From assembly GCF_009914755.1 (NCBI RefSeq), contig NC_060928.1: a stretch of 64,000 bases of DNA; one strand, given 5' to 3'. The first letter of the stretch is position 1. Each line of letters begins with the position of its first letter. Source of the stretch: the human T2T-CHM13v2.0 reference genome, Homo sapiens. A program made the position numbers and the translations under genes. Shown one piece after another: positions 33,206 to 45,701 of the stretch. The notes under the pieces are model-generated. The model was not told the origin of the DNA, made no database searches, and was given only the letters and a program-made list of their open reading frames with translations.

Positions 33206-33299
33206 TATTGAGCAAAGAATCTAAAGAGAGGTCCAGTTAATATTTACGTCTGATCCAGTGAAAAGACAGCAGTTTCCTCATACCCAGCCTTCTCCTCTG

Positions 33300-33370
33300 G
33301 GAAGGAAGACTGGGAGGGACAGTGGGGGCGGTGGGTGGGGGATTGACCTGAGCAGGGGGCGGGGTTAAGG
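33300..33370 (-). promoter_or_regulatory. Putative promoter of the alternative first exon
   Basis: GGGGCGGGG GC box at ~33356-33364 and a GGGGGCGGTGGGTGGGG tract, 120-160 nt upstream of the MNCFQ ATG. Confidence 0.55.
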
Positions 33371-33653
33371 ATTCCCACTCCAGCCTTCCTATACATGGGA
33401 GGTGTTTATATTAGTGGTTGCTTCCACCAGGTCTGAAATGGCATGATCTCCACTGTCCCTTAAACACCTGGTAGATGACATAACAATGAGAAAGATGATG
33501 TTGACAATGACACTCACTGAGTTCTAGCCATGTACCAGGCCCTGTGCCCGAGTAATACAACAATATTAACATCACCTTTTGGTAGATAAGGAAAGTCTAA
33601 GACCGGACAACTTGTTCAAGGACACAAAGCCAACATGTGTTAGAACCAGGACC

Positions 33654-33958
33654 TGCCGGGTATGGTGGCTCACGGCAGTAATTTGGCGCTTCGGGAGGCT
33701 GAGGTGGGAGGACCACTTGAGCCCAGGTATTAGGGACCAGCCTGGGCAACATAGGGAGACCCAGTCTCTATGGAAAATTTAAAAATTAGCCAGGCATGGT
33801 GGCACGTGCCTGTAGTCCCAGCTACTCAGAAGGCAGAGGTGGGAGAATCACTTGAGCCTGGGAAGTGGAGGCTGCAGTGAGCCACCATGTTCATGCCACT
33901 GCACTCCAGCCTGGGTGACAGTGTGAGACCTTGTCAAAAAAAAAAAAAAAAAAAAAAA
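33654..33958 (+). mobile_element. Alu (AluJ-like) in a MIR
   Basis: TSD agaaccaggacct on both sides. Confidence 0.92.
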
Positions 33959-36009
33959 GAACCAGGACCTGAACCCAGGAAGTCTGACATTAGAACCCAA
34001 ACTCTGTCACTCTCTAGACATGGCGTCTAAATACAACATCAGACTCCTTACTTAATGAATTACTGGTTCCTCACTTCATCTGGGTGATGGTCCTAAATTT
34101 GGTACCTTTTTAGGTCTCCACCTGAGATGTCAACTCTCAGGGCAGTATTGGCCTGCTCCTCTCAGGTCCTCCCCACACCCTGTCTCCCTGACTGAGTTTC
34201 ACTGAAACACGTTGTGACATTCAGCCCAGGTGTGCCAGAAAGCCCCCGCAGCACTGAGGGTGGGTGGGGGGACGCGTGGGGGGAGGTTGGGGGCTGGCTT
34301 CCTCTAGGGGCATGCTAGCTCTCAAGTTTCCAGCCTGCTTCTACACAGAGAGGTGTAACCACACACAAGCAGGACAAGAACACCACCAAGGGCTGGGTCG
34401 GAGCCTCACTACCCTGTAGTATCCTTAGGCCTGCGGCCACACCAACAGACATAAAAGAGTATTCAAGCTGCTCCCGATTCACAGTTCCCTCAGGAACTGG
34501 TCGTAGGAGAGAAACTGAGAAGGCATCACCTCTTCACAAGCAGCCCCTCCACAGGAATAAGAGGAAATCTGACTCCTCGCAGAGAAAGGAAAAAAAGAGA
34601 AAACAGAAAGGCTCTAGGATCCACTCCCCGTATGGAACTCGCCCGGCACCAACCAGTACCTGTGCAGCTATCACTCTGGGAGGCCCCAGCATTTGCTTTG
34701 CTGGCCGTGACAGTGGCACGTCCCATTGTGCTGAAAGCTGAAGCCAGCGGGTCTCAATTCCACCCCTGAGCTAACACAAGGCTTCTTAATGCTCCTTTGC
34801 CATGTGTTGATCTTGCAACAGAATGTGGGACAGAAGATTTAAAAAGCTATGTGATGGGGGAAGGGCAGCCAGATCACCTTACACCAGGGCTTCTCCATCA
34901 AGCTTCCTTGGATTCCCTTTAGGGGCCAGTATTACTAGCTTCAAGGGAGGTTTTCCTCAAACTGGCACTGTAAGAGCACGTGTTGCCTCCGGGGACCCGC
35001 TTGGGAGGGGGCTAGAGGGGAGGCGGGGTGCAGTCTAAAGAATGTAGGCAAAACACACATCATCTCACCCTGCAAGGGACAGCAATGCCTTACTCCAATC
35101 TGAGCTCCCCAAAGGCTCTGACAAGTGGAGGCGCCAGCAGGGTCCAGCCTGGGGACCCAAGGGCTGGAGGTTCTTCCTACAGAAAAAGGGAAAGCAATGG
35201 GGGAAACCCAAATTAAAGTGACCACCGCATCATGGGCTCGGACTGCATCAGAACCCAGTGATGTCCCTGGCTGTATCCATGCCCGCCAGCCTCCCCTAGG
35301 TCTACAGCGGATCAGGCAGGATAACCCTGGAGACCTCCTCCAAGCCCACAGCCCGCCCCACCCTTAGGGCCTGCAAATATTACCGCCACAGAGCCTTGTC
35401 CCTTTTTCACAGATGGGGAAACTGAGGCATGCGGAGCAAATTACGGTGCTTTTTCAAACCAGGTTGAAGTTCACTTCTCCAGCCACAATTTTGCACTTTT
35501 TTTACAGCTTTATTACATTTCCGATTTCTCCAGATACACAATTGCTATTGCAAAGTGAATTTTAAACACCTCGGAAGGACTGAACTCAAAATGAGATGAG
35601 GGCAGTCTGGACGTCCAATAAGGCTGTCTTGACCGCAAGAAGAGGATGGGTGCCCCCCACCTCCAGCTTATCCCCCACCCCCTCCCCGGGGACGTTCAGG
35701 TTCGGTCGCTTCCCTTCCCTCAAGCCGCTTCCACCGCAACCCGAGGGCGGGGGGCGCAGCAGCGCGGCCCCGGGATCGCCGGGCGGGTTCCGAGGTCCCG
35801 GGGCTGAGACGGGCGCCGGGGGCTCGGGGACCCTCCCCGGCCGCTGAGGTGGCTGCGGCCGCGCGCCCAGCTCGGGGGCCGGGAACTTCTGGCGGCGCGG
35901 ACCCCGCCGCCCCCGCCGCCCCAGCCACCGGGCGTGTGTGCAGCTCGGGCTTCCCTTTCTTTGCCTCGCCGCGAGTCGGGCGCGACCCCGAGGCGGCTCG
36001 GCCACTCAC

Positions 36010-36045
36010 CATATTACAGATGGAGGCGATGTTTCGGACAGTCAT
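36010..36045 (-). CDS. USP46: USP46 coding exon 1 (MTVRNIASICNM)
   Basis: ATG at 36045; 36 nt encode the recognisable USP46 N-terminus; GTGAGT donor at 36009-36004; lies in the CpG island; phase 0 join to exon 2. Confidence 0.97.
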
Positions 36046-36049
36046 TAGT

Positions 36050-36079
36050 CTAAAGGTTGCAGCGATCCCTCACCGCCAT
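36050..36079 (-). other. uORF2 in USP46 5' leader (MAVRDRCNL*)
   Basis: AAGATGG context (A at -3, G at +4); TAG ends 4 nt before the main ATG. Confidence 0.75.
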
Positions 36080-36081
36080 CT

Positions 36082-36108
36082 TTACAAGGGGAAACCGGGA
36101 CTGCCCAT
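36082..36108 (-). other. uORF1 in USP46 5' leader (MGSPGFPL*)
   Basis: GCCACCATGG optimal Kozak context at 36108; TAA at 36084-36082. Confidence 0.75.
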
Positions 36109-36299
36109 GGTGGCGCGCTGGCGGGGAGGCCGGGCGGCAGCGCGGCGGCCTGGGGTCCGGCTTTCAGTTTGGCTGGGAGAGGGAGGCCGGGAGGAGGAGG
36201 CGGCGGCGCGGGGAGGGCGGGGAGGGAGCGCGGAGGGGCGGGGAGTGGCGGAGCGAGGGAGCCTGGGCCGCGGCCGGCGGCGCGGGGAGGAGGGGCGGC

Positions 36300-38500
36300 C
36301 CGGGCGCGCCGCGTGAGTCCGAGCCGGCCGCTCAGAGCGCTCCAGGCTGGGTTCCCGGGCCCCGCCGCGCCGCCTCCTTCCCAGCTCGCCCGCCCAGGCC
36401 TGGCCTCCTGCTTTTCCATTTGATTCCCTGCCTCTTTCTATTCGGACTGGAATGCCGGGCCAGGCTCCGGGGCGCGCCGCTGCGGCAGCCGCACCTCGCA
36501 GGTCCCCCGGCCGACCCCGACGCGGAAGCGGCGGCCCTCCTCGCCGTCGGGGAGCCAGGGAGCCGGGGACGGTACGGTGCGCGGGGTGGGGAAGCGGGCG
36601 GCCCAGGCCGGGGCGAACCCGGGGCCGCCTTCCGTCCTCGCTTTTTCCTCGTCGCCTTCCTCCTGGCGGGCCTCGGCAGCCCCCGGTGTTTATTTTTTGG
36701 CGAGGGGTAGGGGTGGCGACGTCCAACTTTTAGTTCCTCCCGAGGGTTCCAACCAGATGGCACCGGCGGGGACCCAAGAAGTAAAATGGGGCGAGGACAC
36801 CGGAGCGGTCAGAGAGCCCTCGCCAGCTGCGGGCCGGGCGCCCGAGAAAGGGCGCCGGGAAGGGGGAGGAATCCGGGTCTGGGCGGAGGCCAGCAGCGGC
36901 GCGCTCGGGCGGCTTGTGACATTAGCGGGTCCAAAGGAGACGTCCCGGTTCCGCGCAAGCACTAGGGACTGTCCAAGGAGTGGAAAGAACGAAAACAAAA
37001 CTTTTCCATATCTTCAAGGCAGGCATACCCCTCTCGGGTGCACCCAGCCTCTAGTTGTTGAGATGGGCGCTGTATGGGATCATGCACATTTCCCGCATTA
37101 AAGGTCGTGGCTGCGGGCTCAGAGCGCGAGTCTGTGCACCACTTAGCAGATAGGTCCACGCGAATTGAAGGGGCCCGTTTCTGAATGTGTGGAACAGTTA
37201 CACATACAAGGTTGCAATTCGATGCTTTCAAAGGAGAAATTGTACAAGTGAGATGCGTGATAAATTCTTAGATCAGTGTATTTAATGACAAATTGAATCA
37301 GAAGAAAAATTAGTTGAAGATAGCTTTTATCTAACCAAGAGTAAAGATTTGAGAGCCGTTGATTGCTAATATCCCTAGAATCTGGGGAGGAAACAGTAAG
37401 ACAGACTTGTTGACTGAAGGTTTTGGGAGTCATGTCACTGTGTTTTCCAGTGGACATGAGAAATAATATTCCTGCTTAAGTCTTTCAACCTAAATATTAT
37501 TTCCAAATACATCCTGATGATAATTTCTTCCATTGTAAGTCATGACTGATTTTCTTCTCTCTCTCTCTGTTTTTTAAGAGACAGGTTCTCGCTATGTTGC
37601 CCAGCCTGAGGCTGGGCAGCCCCGAGTCATCCCAAACTCCTGGGCTCCAGCAATCATCCCACCTTGGCCTCCCAAAGCGCTGGGACAACAGGCGTGAACC
37701 ACTGCACCCAATGTTTACATTCCTGATCTCCTTTAATCGCCACCATAACTATCAGCTGGTACATGCTATTATCTCCTTTTTTGCAGATCAGTCACATAAG
37801 GCTTAGAGGATCAAGGATCCTGCCCAGATGACTTACCGAAATGTTACAGATTAAGTTGGTGTGGTAACCTGGGCTGAGCACTCTGGGAGAGGAAGAGAAG
37901 AGAGAAGACAGGAAACAACTGAACTATGACCAATCCCAGCACGGAGGCCCAGAAAACTTTAAGATTTGAGTATTAATGTCTCAAGGTCAGGAGCAACCTC
38001 AAGGCTAAAACTCAGATCTCAGGACTCAATTTCACAGAAGTTCCACTATAAAGGCAATAATCTAAAGCTTTAAATGATATGAAAATTTTGTAATAAGAGT
38101 TCAGTATTTCTGCCAACATTGGCGCATGGATTGCAAAGTTCACAGGATTGAAAACACCATCGACATAATGGAAATTGAACAGCATCTGATTACTGAGTGC
38201 TATATCAGCAAGTTAAAAGGATCTTTTGCATACCTTTTAATGGTATATATCCTAAAACTGAAGTGTTCAATATAGACATCCAGATTGAAACTCAGGCAGT
38301 GAATTACATACACAACAAATCAGTTGAACATGGCAGAGCTTGTCAGACTTATGAAAGATTAAATACATTTTACATTTCCACAAGTGTGGTATTCACAGGT
38401 CTAAATTGGAAAATTCTTGGGTTGAAGAAGAATAATCATAATCTTAGCTTCACTCATTGAGGAAACATTATTCAGGGATGATAAGAGGTAAAATCTTAAA
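36300..38500 (+). ncRNA. Possible divergent lncRNA (USP46-DT/AS1-like)
   Basis: CpG island extends ~1 kb upstream of exon 1; ATTAAA at 38358-38363; I recall a divergent transcript at this locus, but its ends cannot be read from the sequence. Confidence 0.35.
37570..37709 (-). mobile_element. Alu left monomer
   Basis: Reverse monomer with a short internal insertion. Confidence 0.75.
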
Positions 38501-38611
38501 AATATTGACAAGCTAATGAGAGAACTTTGAGGTAAGCTGATATGCAGGTATAGTTAGGACTGGGAAAAGCAAGAAAATGGAAGGATGGGTTAGAGGGTGG
38601 CACTACACGGC

Positions 38612-41235
38612 TGATATAGTTTGGATATCTGTCCCCATCCAAATCTCATGTTAAATTGGAATCCCCAATTCTGGAGGCAGAGCTAGAAGGCAGAGCCTGG
38701 TGGAAGGTGTTTGCAACATGAGGAAGGATCCCTCATGGCTTGGTGCTGTCTTAACAATAATGAGTGAGTTCTCCCGAGATCTAGTCATTTAAAAGGGTGT
38801 GGCACCTCCCCCCCCCCCCGCCCCCGCCAACTCTCTCTTGCTCCTACTCTGCCATATGAATGTTTGTTCCCCCTTTGCCTTCAGCCATGATTAGAAGCTT
38901 CATTAGGACTCCTCAGAAGTAGATGTTGGTGCCATACTTCCTGTATAGCCTGTAGTACCATGAACCTCTTCGCTTTATAAATTACCTGGTCTTGGGGATT
39001 TCTTTATAGCAATGCAAGAATGACCTAATACAGAAAACTGGTACTGAGAAGTGAGTCATTGCTGTAGAGATACCTGAAAATGTGGAAGCAGCTTTGGAAC
39101 TTGGTGACAGGCAGAAGTTGGAAGAGTTTGTAGGGCTCAGAAGAAGACAGAAAGATGAGGGAAAGTTTGGAATTTCTTAGGGACTGGTTAAATGGTTGTG
39201 ACCAAAATGCTGATAGCTAGGACATGAACAGAATGCACCCAAGCACTTTGCTAAGGCAAAACATGCGTGACCTTTGCTCTAGTTCCCAATAATTTCCTTA
39301 TTTCCATTCGAGACCTCAGAAGCCTGGACTTCAAACCAAAATGCTGATAGTGATGTGAACAGTGAAGTCCAGGCTGCTGAGGCCTCAGATGGAAATTAGG
39401 AACTTACTGGGAACTAGAGCAAAGGTCACACAATGTTAACGCCTTAGCAAAGAGCTTAGCTGCCTTCTGTTCATGCCCTAGGAATCTGTGGAAGTTTGAA
39501 CTTGAGAGTGATGATTTAGGGTATCTGGCAGAAGAAATGTCTAAGCAGCAAAGTGATCAAGAAGTGGTGTGGCTGCTTCTAGCCACTTATATTCAGATGT
39601 GGGAGCAAAGACAAAAGGTAGAACTTATATTTAAAAGGGAAGCAGAGCAAAAAAAGTTTGGAAAATTTGCAGCCTGGCCATGTGGCAGAGAAAGAAAAAA
39701 GCTTTTTCAGTAGAGGAATTCAAGCAGACTGTGGAACAATTACTTGCTAGAGATGTTTGCAGGATTAAAGGGGAGCCAAGTGCTACTATCCAAGACAATA
39801 GGGAAAAAGCCTTGAAAGCATTTCAAAGAACTTCAGAGTGGCTTCTCCCATCACAGGCCCAGAAGCTTAGGAGGAGAGAATAGATTCATGGACTGGGCCC
39901 AGGGCCATGGTACCTTGCACAGCCTTGGGACACTGCTCACCACATCCTAGCTGCTCCTGTTCCCACTCTTGCCATGGCTCAAAGGGGCCTACATACAGCT
40001 TGGACTGCCACTTTGGAGAATGCAAACAGTAAACCTTGGTAGCTTTCATGTGGTGTTAAGCCTGCAGGCACACAAAGTGCAAGAATCGTGGATTCTTGGC
40101 AGCCTCTGCCTAGATTTCAGAGGACATATGGAAAAGTCTGTTTGTCCAGGCAGAAGCCTGTTACAGGGGTGGAGCCCTTACAAAGAACCTCTACTAGGGC
40201 AGTATAGAGGGGAAATGTGGGGTTGGAGGCTCCAACAGGGTCACCGCTGGGGCACTGCCTAATGGAACTATACGAAGTGGGCCACTGCCCTCCAGACCTA
40301 AGGATGATAGATCTACCAGCAGCTTGTATTCTGCACCTGGAAAAGCCACAGGCACTCAACTGCAGCCCATGAGCGCAGCCTTGGATTCTTTACCCTGCAA
40401 AGCCATAGGGGCAGGACTGCTCAAGGCCTGGGGAGCCCACCCCTTGTACCAGTGTGGCCTGGATGTGGAACATGATGTCGAAGATTATTTTGGAACTTTA
40501 AGATTTAGTGACTTCCCTACTGGGTTTTGGAGCTGTGTGGATCCTGTAGACCCTTTCTTTTGGCCAATTTCCCCCTTTTTGGGATGGAAACATTTACCCA
40601 ATCCCTATACCCCCATTGTATCTTGGAAGTAAATAATTTGTTTTTGATTTTACAGGCTTATAGGTGAAAGTGACTTCCCTTGTCTCCAATGAGGCTTTGG
40701 ACTTTGGACTTTTGAGTTAATGCCAGAATGAGTTAAGATTTTGGGGGCCTATTGGAAAGGCATGATTGTAGTTTGCAATGTGAGAAGGACATGAGATTTG
40801 GAGAGGCCAGAGGTGGAATGGTATAGTTCAGATATTTGACCCAGCCCAAATCTCTTGTTGAATTGTAATACCCAATGCTGGAGGTGGGGCCTTCCTTGTA
40901 TGATGTGTTTGGAACATGCAGGCAAATTCCTCATGGCTTGGTGCTGTTTTCATGATAGTGAGTGAGTTCTCCTGAGATGTGGTCATTTAAAAGTGTATGG
41001 CACCTCCCCCCACTCTCTATCTCTCTTGCTCCTGCTCTGCTATATGAGACACCTGTTCCCCGTTTGCCTTCCACCATGATTGAAAGCTTTGTGAGACCTC
41101 CTCAGAAGCCAAGCAGATGCCAGTGCCATGCTGCCTGTATAGCCTGCAGAACCACAAGCCAAGTAAACCTCTTTTCTTTATAAATTACTTAGTCTCAGAT
41201 ATTTCTTTACAGCAATGTAAGAATGGCCTAATACA
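38612..41235 (+). mobile_element. Full MST-type MaLR element (LTR 38612-39032, internal region, LTR 40819-41235)
   Basis: Two homologous TG...CA LTRs flank a THE1/MST-int-like sequence (gatacctgaaaatgtggaagcagctttggaact); degenerate TSD acggc/atagc. Confidence 0.9.
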
Positions 41236-42012
41236 ATAGCCTAAACTAATTTGAGGGAGGTGATGTGTCTCTTGCTACACAAAGTATGGTTCATGGACTA
41301 ACAGCATTGGCGTCACCAGGAGGTTGTCAGAAGTACAGACTTTCAGTTCCCTTCCCAGACCTAATAAATCAGACTCTCCAAAAAGTTTTGGGAGCACTGC
41401 TCCAGCCAATGACTTGTGGTAGAATTCTGTTTTTGCCTCAACAGCATCCATTCTCCTTTCAGTAACAACTCCTAGCTTCTACTTTGGGGAACTTTCCATC
41501 TCCCACACTCAGACCTAGGGTTCAGATGTGGCTAACCTAGCCCTGTGCAGCCAGAGGAAGGCACATGATCCAGGCCTGGCCAATGACAGTGCCTTATGAC
41601 CCAGCCAGAGTGACTGGTTCAGCAAAGAGGGTGTAATATGAGCTGAGCCAATGAGACTTAGTCCTGGTACTTTTGGGAAAGAAATGCTCCCCTTCCTGAG
41701 TTTGCTGAGCTGATAAGATATTCATCTACAGCAGCCATCTTTCCACTACCTGAGAATGAAGCCAACATAGGAAAATGGAGCTGAGAAATGAGAGAGATCC
41801 TAACAAATTCATTTATCCACTCACTACCGGATCTAAATCCTGGGCTTTTTAGTAACTCAAGCCAGTATAGTCTTCATTTCTTTGGCCAGTTCAAACTGGA
41901 TGTCTACTAGTTACAACTGAAAGAATCCTAATACATCAGTCTCTTCCTGTCCCTGAAATTCATTAGGCTCATTTTGAATCTTTGATATTTCCTTTTCCTC
42001 TCTTCTTTGTCT

Positions 42013-42415
42013 GTGTTTAATCCATTTTGCATTGCTGTAAAGGAATACCTGAGACTCGGTAATTTATAAAGAAAAGAGATTTATTTGGCGCACAGTTCTG
42101 CAGGCTACACAAGCATGGCACCAGCATCTGCTCAGCTTCTGGTGAGGCCACAAGAAGCTTTAACTCATGGCGGAAGGCGGAGGGAGAGCAGGTGTGTCAT
42201 ATGGCGAGAGAGGGAGCAAGAGAGAGGGGAGGGAGACTTCTCTTTTTTTGGCAATCAGATCTCGTGGTAACTAATAAAGCAAAAATTAATTCATTACTGT
42301 GGCAAGGACACCAAGCCATTCCAAAAAGATTCACCCCCATGACCCAAACACCTCCCACCAGGTCCCACCTCCAGTGTTGGAGATCGCATGGGAGACAAAT
42401 ATCCAAACTATATCA
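42013..42415 (-). mobile_element. MST-type solo LTR
   Basis: aaggaatacctgagact...atttataaagaaaagag...atccaaactatatca. Confidence 0.85.
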
Positions 42416-43082
42416 CTCCTCTCTAAACCAGTTTAGAGGGTTCAAACTTTGCCTTCTCCAGATTTGCCTCTTCCCTGAGACCTTCCCTGATAGCTTCCCA
42501 CACATACTGCTCTCCCCAGTCCATCAATGAATTCCTGCATCCAGGTGGCTAATGGTTCCATACTTACCCTTCAGCTGTGACCAGTTTTGTGTCCACCTCT
42601 GTCTTCCTCCCTCTTTTTGCTTAGATGACACCCACTCAACCTCTAGATGTCCCCTGCTACAGGTGGGATGCCCTTGTTATATGTTCTTATAGCACCACCT
42701 GTCTTCCCTTCATGGCACTTATATTTGTAAATGTATTCATGCCATAGAGTACTGCATGAAGGCAGTCGAGTGGGTGGTTCAAACGTAGACCCTGGTGTCA
42801 GCCTGCCTGGACTAGCTATATGACCTTGGGCAAGTTTCTTAACCTCTCTATACCTCAATTTCCTTACTTATCAGGTGAAGATATTAAGAGTACCTCCTCA
42901 GAGTGTGATTTTGTTAATTTATGTAAAGTACTGAGAACATGCCTGGCATGTAATAGGCACTGTATAAGTGATATCTATTATTATTGTACATGGGATTATT
43001 TGATGTCTGTATCCCATCCCCCATCAGACATGAAAAAATAGGTCTGCTTTTGATCACCATTTTACACTTAAAGAAAAGGGTC

Positions 43083-43378
43083 AGGCTGGGCATGGTGGCT
43101 CACACTTGTAATTCCAGCCCTTTGGGAGGCTGAGGCAGGTGGATTGCTTGAGCCTAGGAGGGAGGGAGGGAAAGAAAGGAAGAAAGAAAGAGAGAGAGGG
43201 GGAGAGAGAGAGAGAAAGAAAGAAAGAAAAGAAATAAAAGAAAGAAAGAGGAAAAAGGGAAGGAGGGAGGGAGGGAAAGAGAAAGAGAAAAGAGGGAGAG
43301 AGAAAGAAAAAGAAAAGAAAGAAAGAAGGGAGGGAGGGAGGGAAAGAAGGAAGGAAGGAAGGGGAAGGGGAAGGAGAG
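43083..43378 (+). repeat. Truncated Alu left arm followed by a ~220 nt GA-rich low-complexity tract
   Basis: Read directly from the sequence. Confidence 0.85.
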
Positions 43379-43999
43379 GTCCATAGGAGTAGCCAATAAA
43401 TTGAATACTGAATATTTGGACAATTGCCTCTCTCTAAGTGCTCTAGAAGCTTCTAGAGGGAAGGAATCTTGTCTTATACATTAAAAAAAAAAAAAAAAAA
43501 GTCTTATCCAGTCTGAAGTACGGTGCCTGGCACATTAATTCCTTTCCTCTTTTCCCCTCACTGCCAAATGAGCTATTGCCACTCACTTGATATGCAAACA
43601 CTGGCTGTCTAGTATGGAAAAATATTTTTCTGGCTGTAGACTTGAGTTTGATTACCAAATTGATTTCTGTGAATTACATTTCAATTCTGTGCAGAACTTT
43701 TTGACAGCCCTTTAATCACCATGTATCCAATAAATATTTATTAAAGACATATTCTGTGCCAGACACTGTGTGAGGCACTTGCCATCCTGGGATAAAAGAA
43801 GGTGGAATCAGCGCTTACATAACTCAATTTCTAATGCAGCATACATTGGCATTGTTAATTAATGTCTTTGCTACTTTTTGTGTGCTATTAGTATAAGGAT
43901 AAGATAACTTTGGCATGAGTATCAAATTAGAATTCCTACAATGGAAACTACATCTAAAACCATGGGGGTATTTACGGGTGGTTAAGATTCCCTAAGTTA

Positions 44000-44138
44000 G
44001 CCAAGTAGGGTGGTACACGCCTATAGTCCCATGTACTTGGGAGGCTGTGACGAGAGGATCACTTGAGCCCAGAAGTTCGAGGTCAGCCTAGCTGACATAG
44101 TGAGACACCATCTCTATTAAAAAATAATAATAATAAAA
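44000..44138 (+). mobile_element. Alu monomer (FLAM/FRAM-like)
   Basis: Single monomer with an (AAT)n tail. Confidence 0.75.
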
Positions 44139-44787
44139 GTTGTTTAAGCCTTTGAACAATTGGCATATTGTGAACTGCCAAGTAAAAGGCCATTGAAGGA
44201 TTTTTAAGCTAAGTTGGAACGTGATTAGATTTTTATTTGATAATACCTTTTGATTAACTGAAAGAATGGATTCCTCTAGTTGGCTACACTCTGGGGAAAG
44301 AGGGTTAAAAGATAGCAACATTTTTCTTGGTGAGGCCAGTTAGAAATCTGTGGTGAGAGAGTCCCACAGTTGTTGATAGTCTGAATTTAGGGGAGTAGCC
44401 GTGGACAAAGAGAGGTGGACATACTGAAGACCTTTTTTGGAGGTAGTCAGCTGAATTTGTGATTGACTGGGATGAAGGACAAGGGCTAGTCCCAGATTTC
44501 TGAGATTTCTGACTGGAATGAAGAGATATGTCATTTTGGGTTTTTTGTTTTGTTTTGTTTAACAATTGGGAATGCTGAAGGAGAAGGTTCAGGTGAGGTA
44601 ATGAGGGAGAAATGAGTTTGGTTCAGAAATGTCGACTTTGAGATAACCGTGAAACACCTGAATCATTATATCAAGTAAGCCCTTCACTATACACATGTAG
44701 GGCTCAGAAGAAAAGTCTGCACTGTAGAAATAAATCTAAGAGTGATTAATATATAGAAGATAATGGAGGACATGCAATTATGGATTA

Positions 44788-45224
<437 letters not shown>

Positions 45225-45563
45225 TAAATGAATCAATTTTTTTAAAAAAGAAAGTTGAAATTAACACACAACATCCCAAAAGCCAAAGAGTATTTCAAGA
45301 TGGAGGGAATAGTCAAATGTATCAAATACAGCCAAGTGATCAAGGAAGATAAATAATAATATTAACAATGGTCACTTCTTGAACAAGACTTTAAGATGCA
45401 TTTAATCCTTTTGATGACCCATGAAGGAGGTAATATTAAAATCCCTATCGCAAGGACCACTTGGGGCCAGGAGTTTGAGGCCAGCCTGGGCAACATAGCA
45501 ACACTCTGTCTCTTAAAAAATAAAAAAATTAGCCAGGCATGGTGGCACACACCTGTAGTCCTA

Positions 45564-45701
<138 letters not shown>

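Larger units (their letters stand above)
35620..37160. promoter_or_regulatory. CpG island / main USP46 promoter, probably bidirectional
   Basis: Very high GC and CpG density around exon 1; several GGGCGG boxes; YY1-type CCGCCATCTT at 36073-36082; G-run clusters near 36210-36245. Confidence 0.93.

Noticed and set aside
35586-37101. Many 100-217 aa ORFs on both strands
   Set aside because: Expected from stop-codon depletion in a CpG island; low-complexity Arg/Gly/Pro/Ala sequence. Only the 12 codons of exon 1 are supported as coding.
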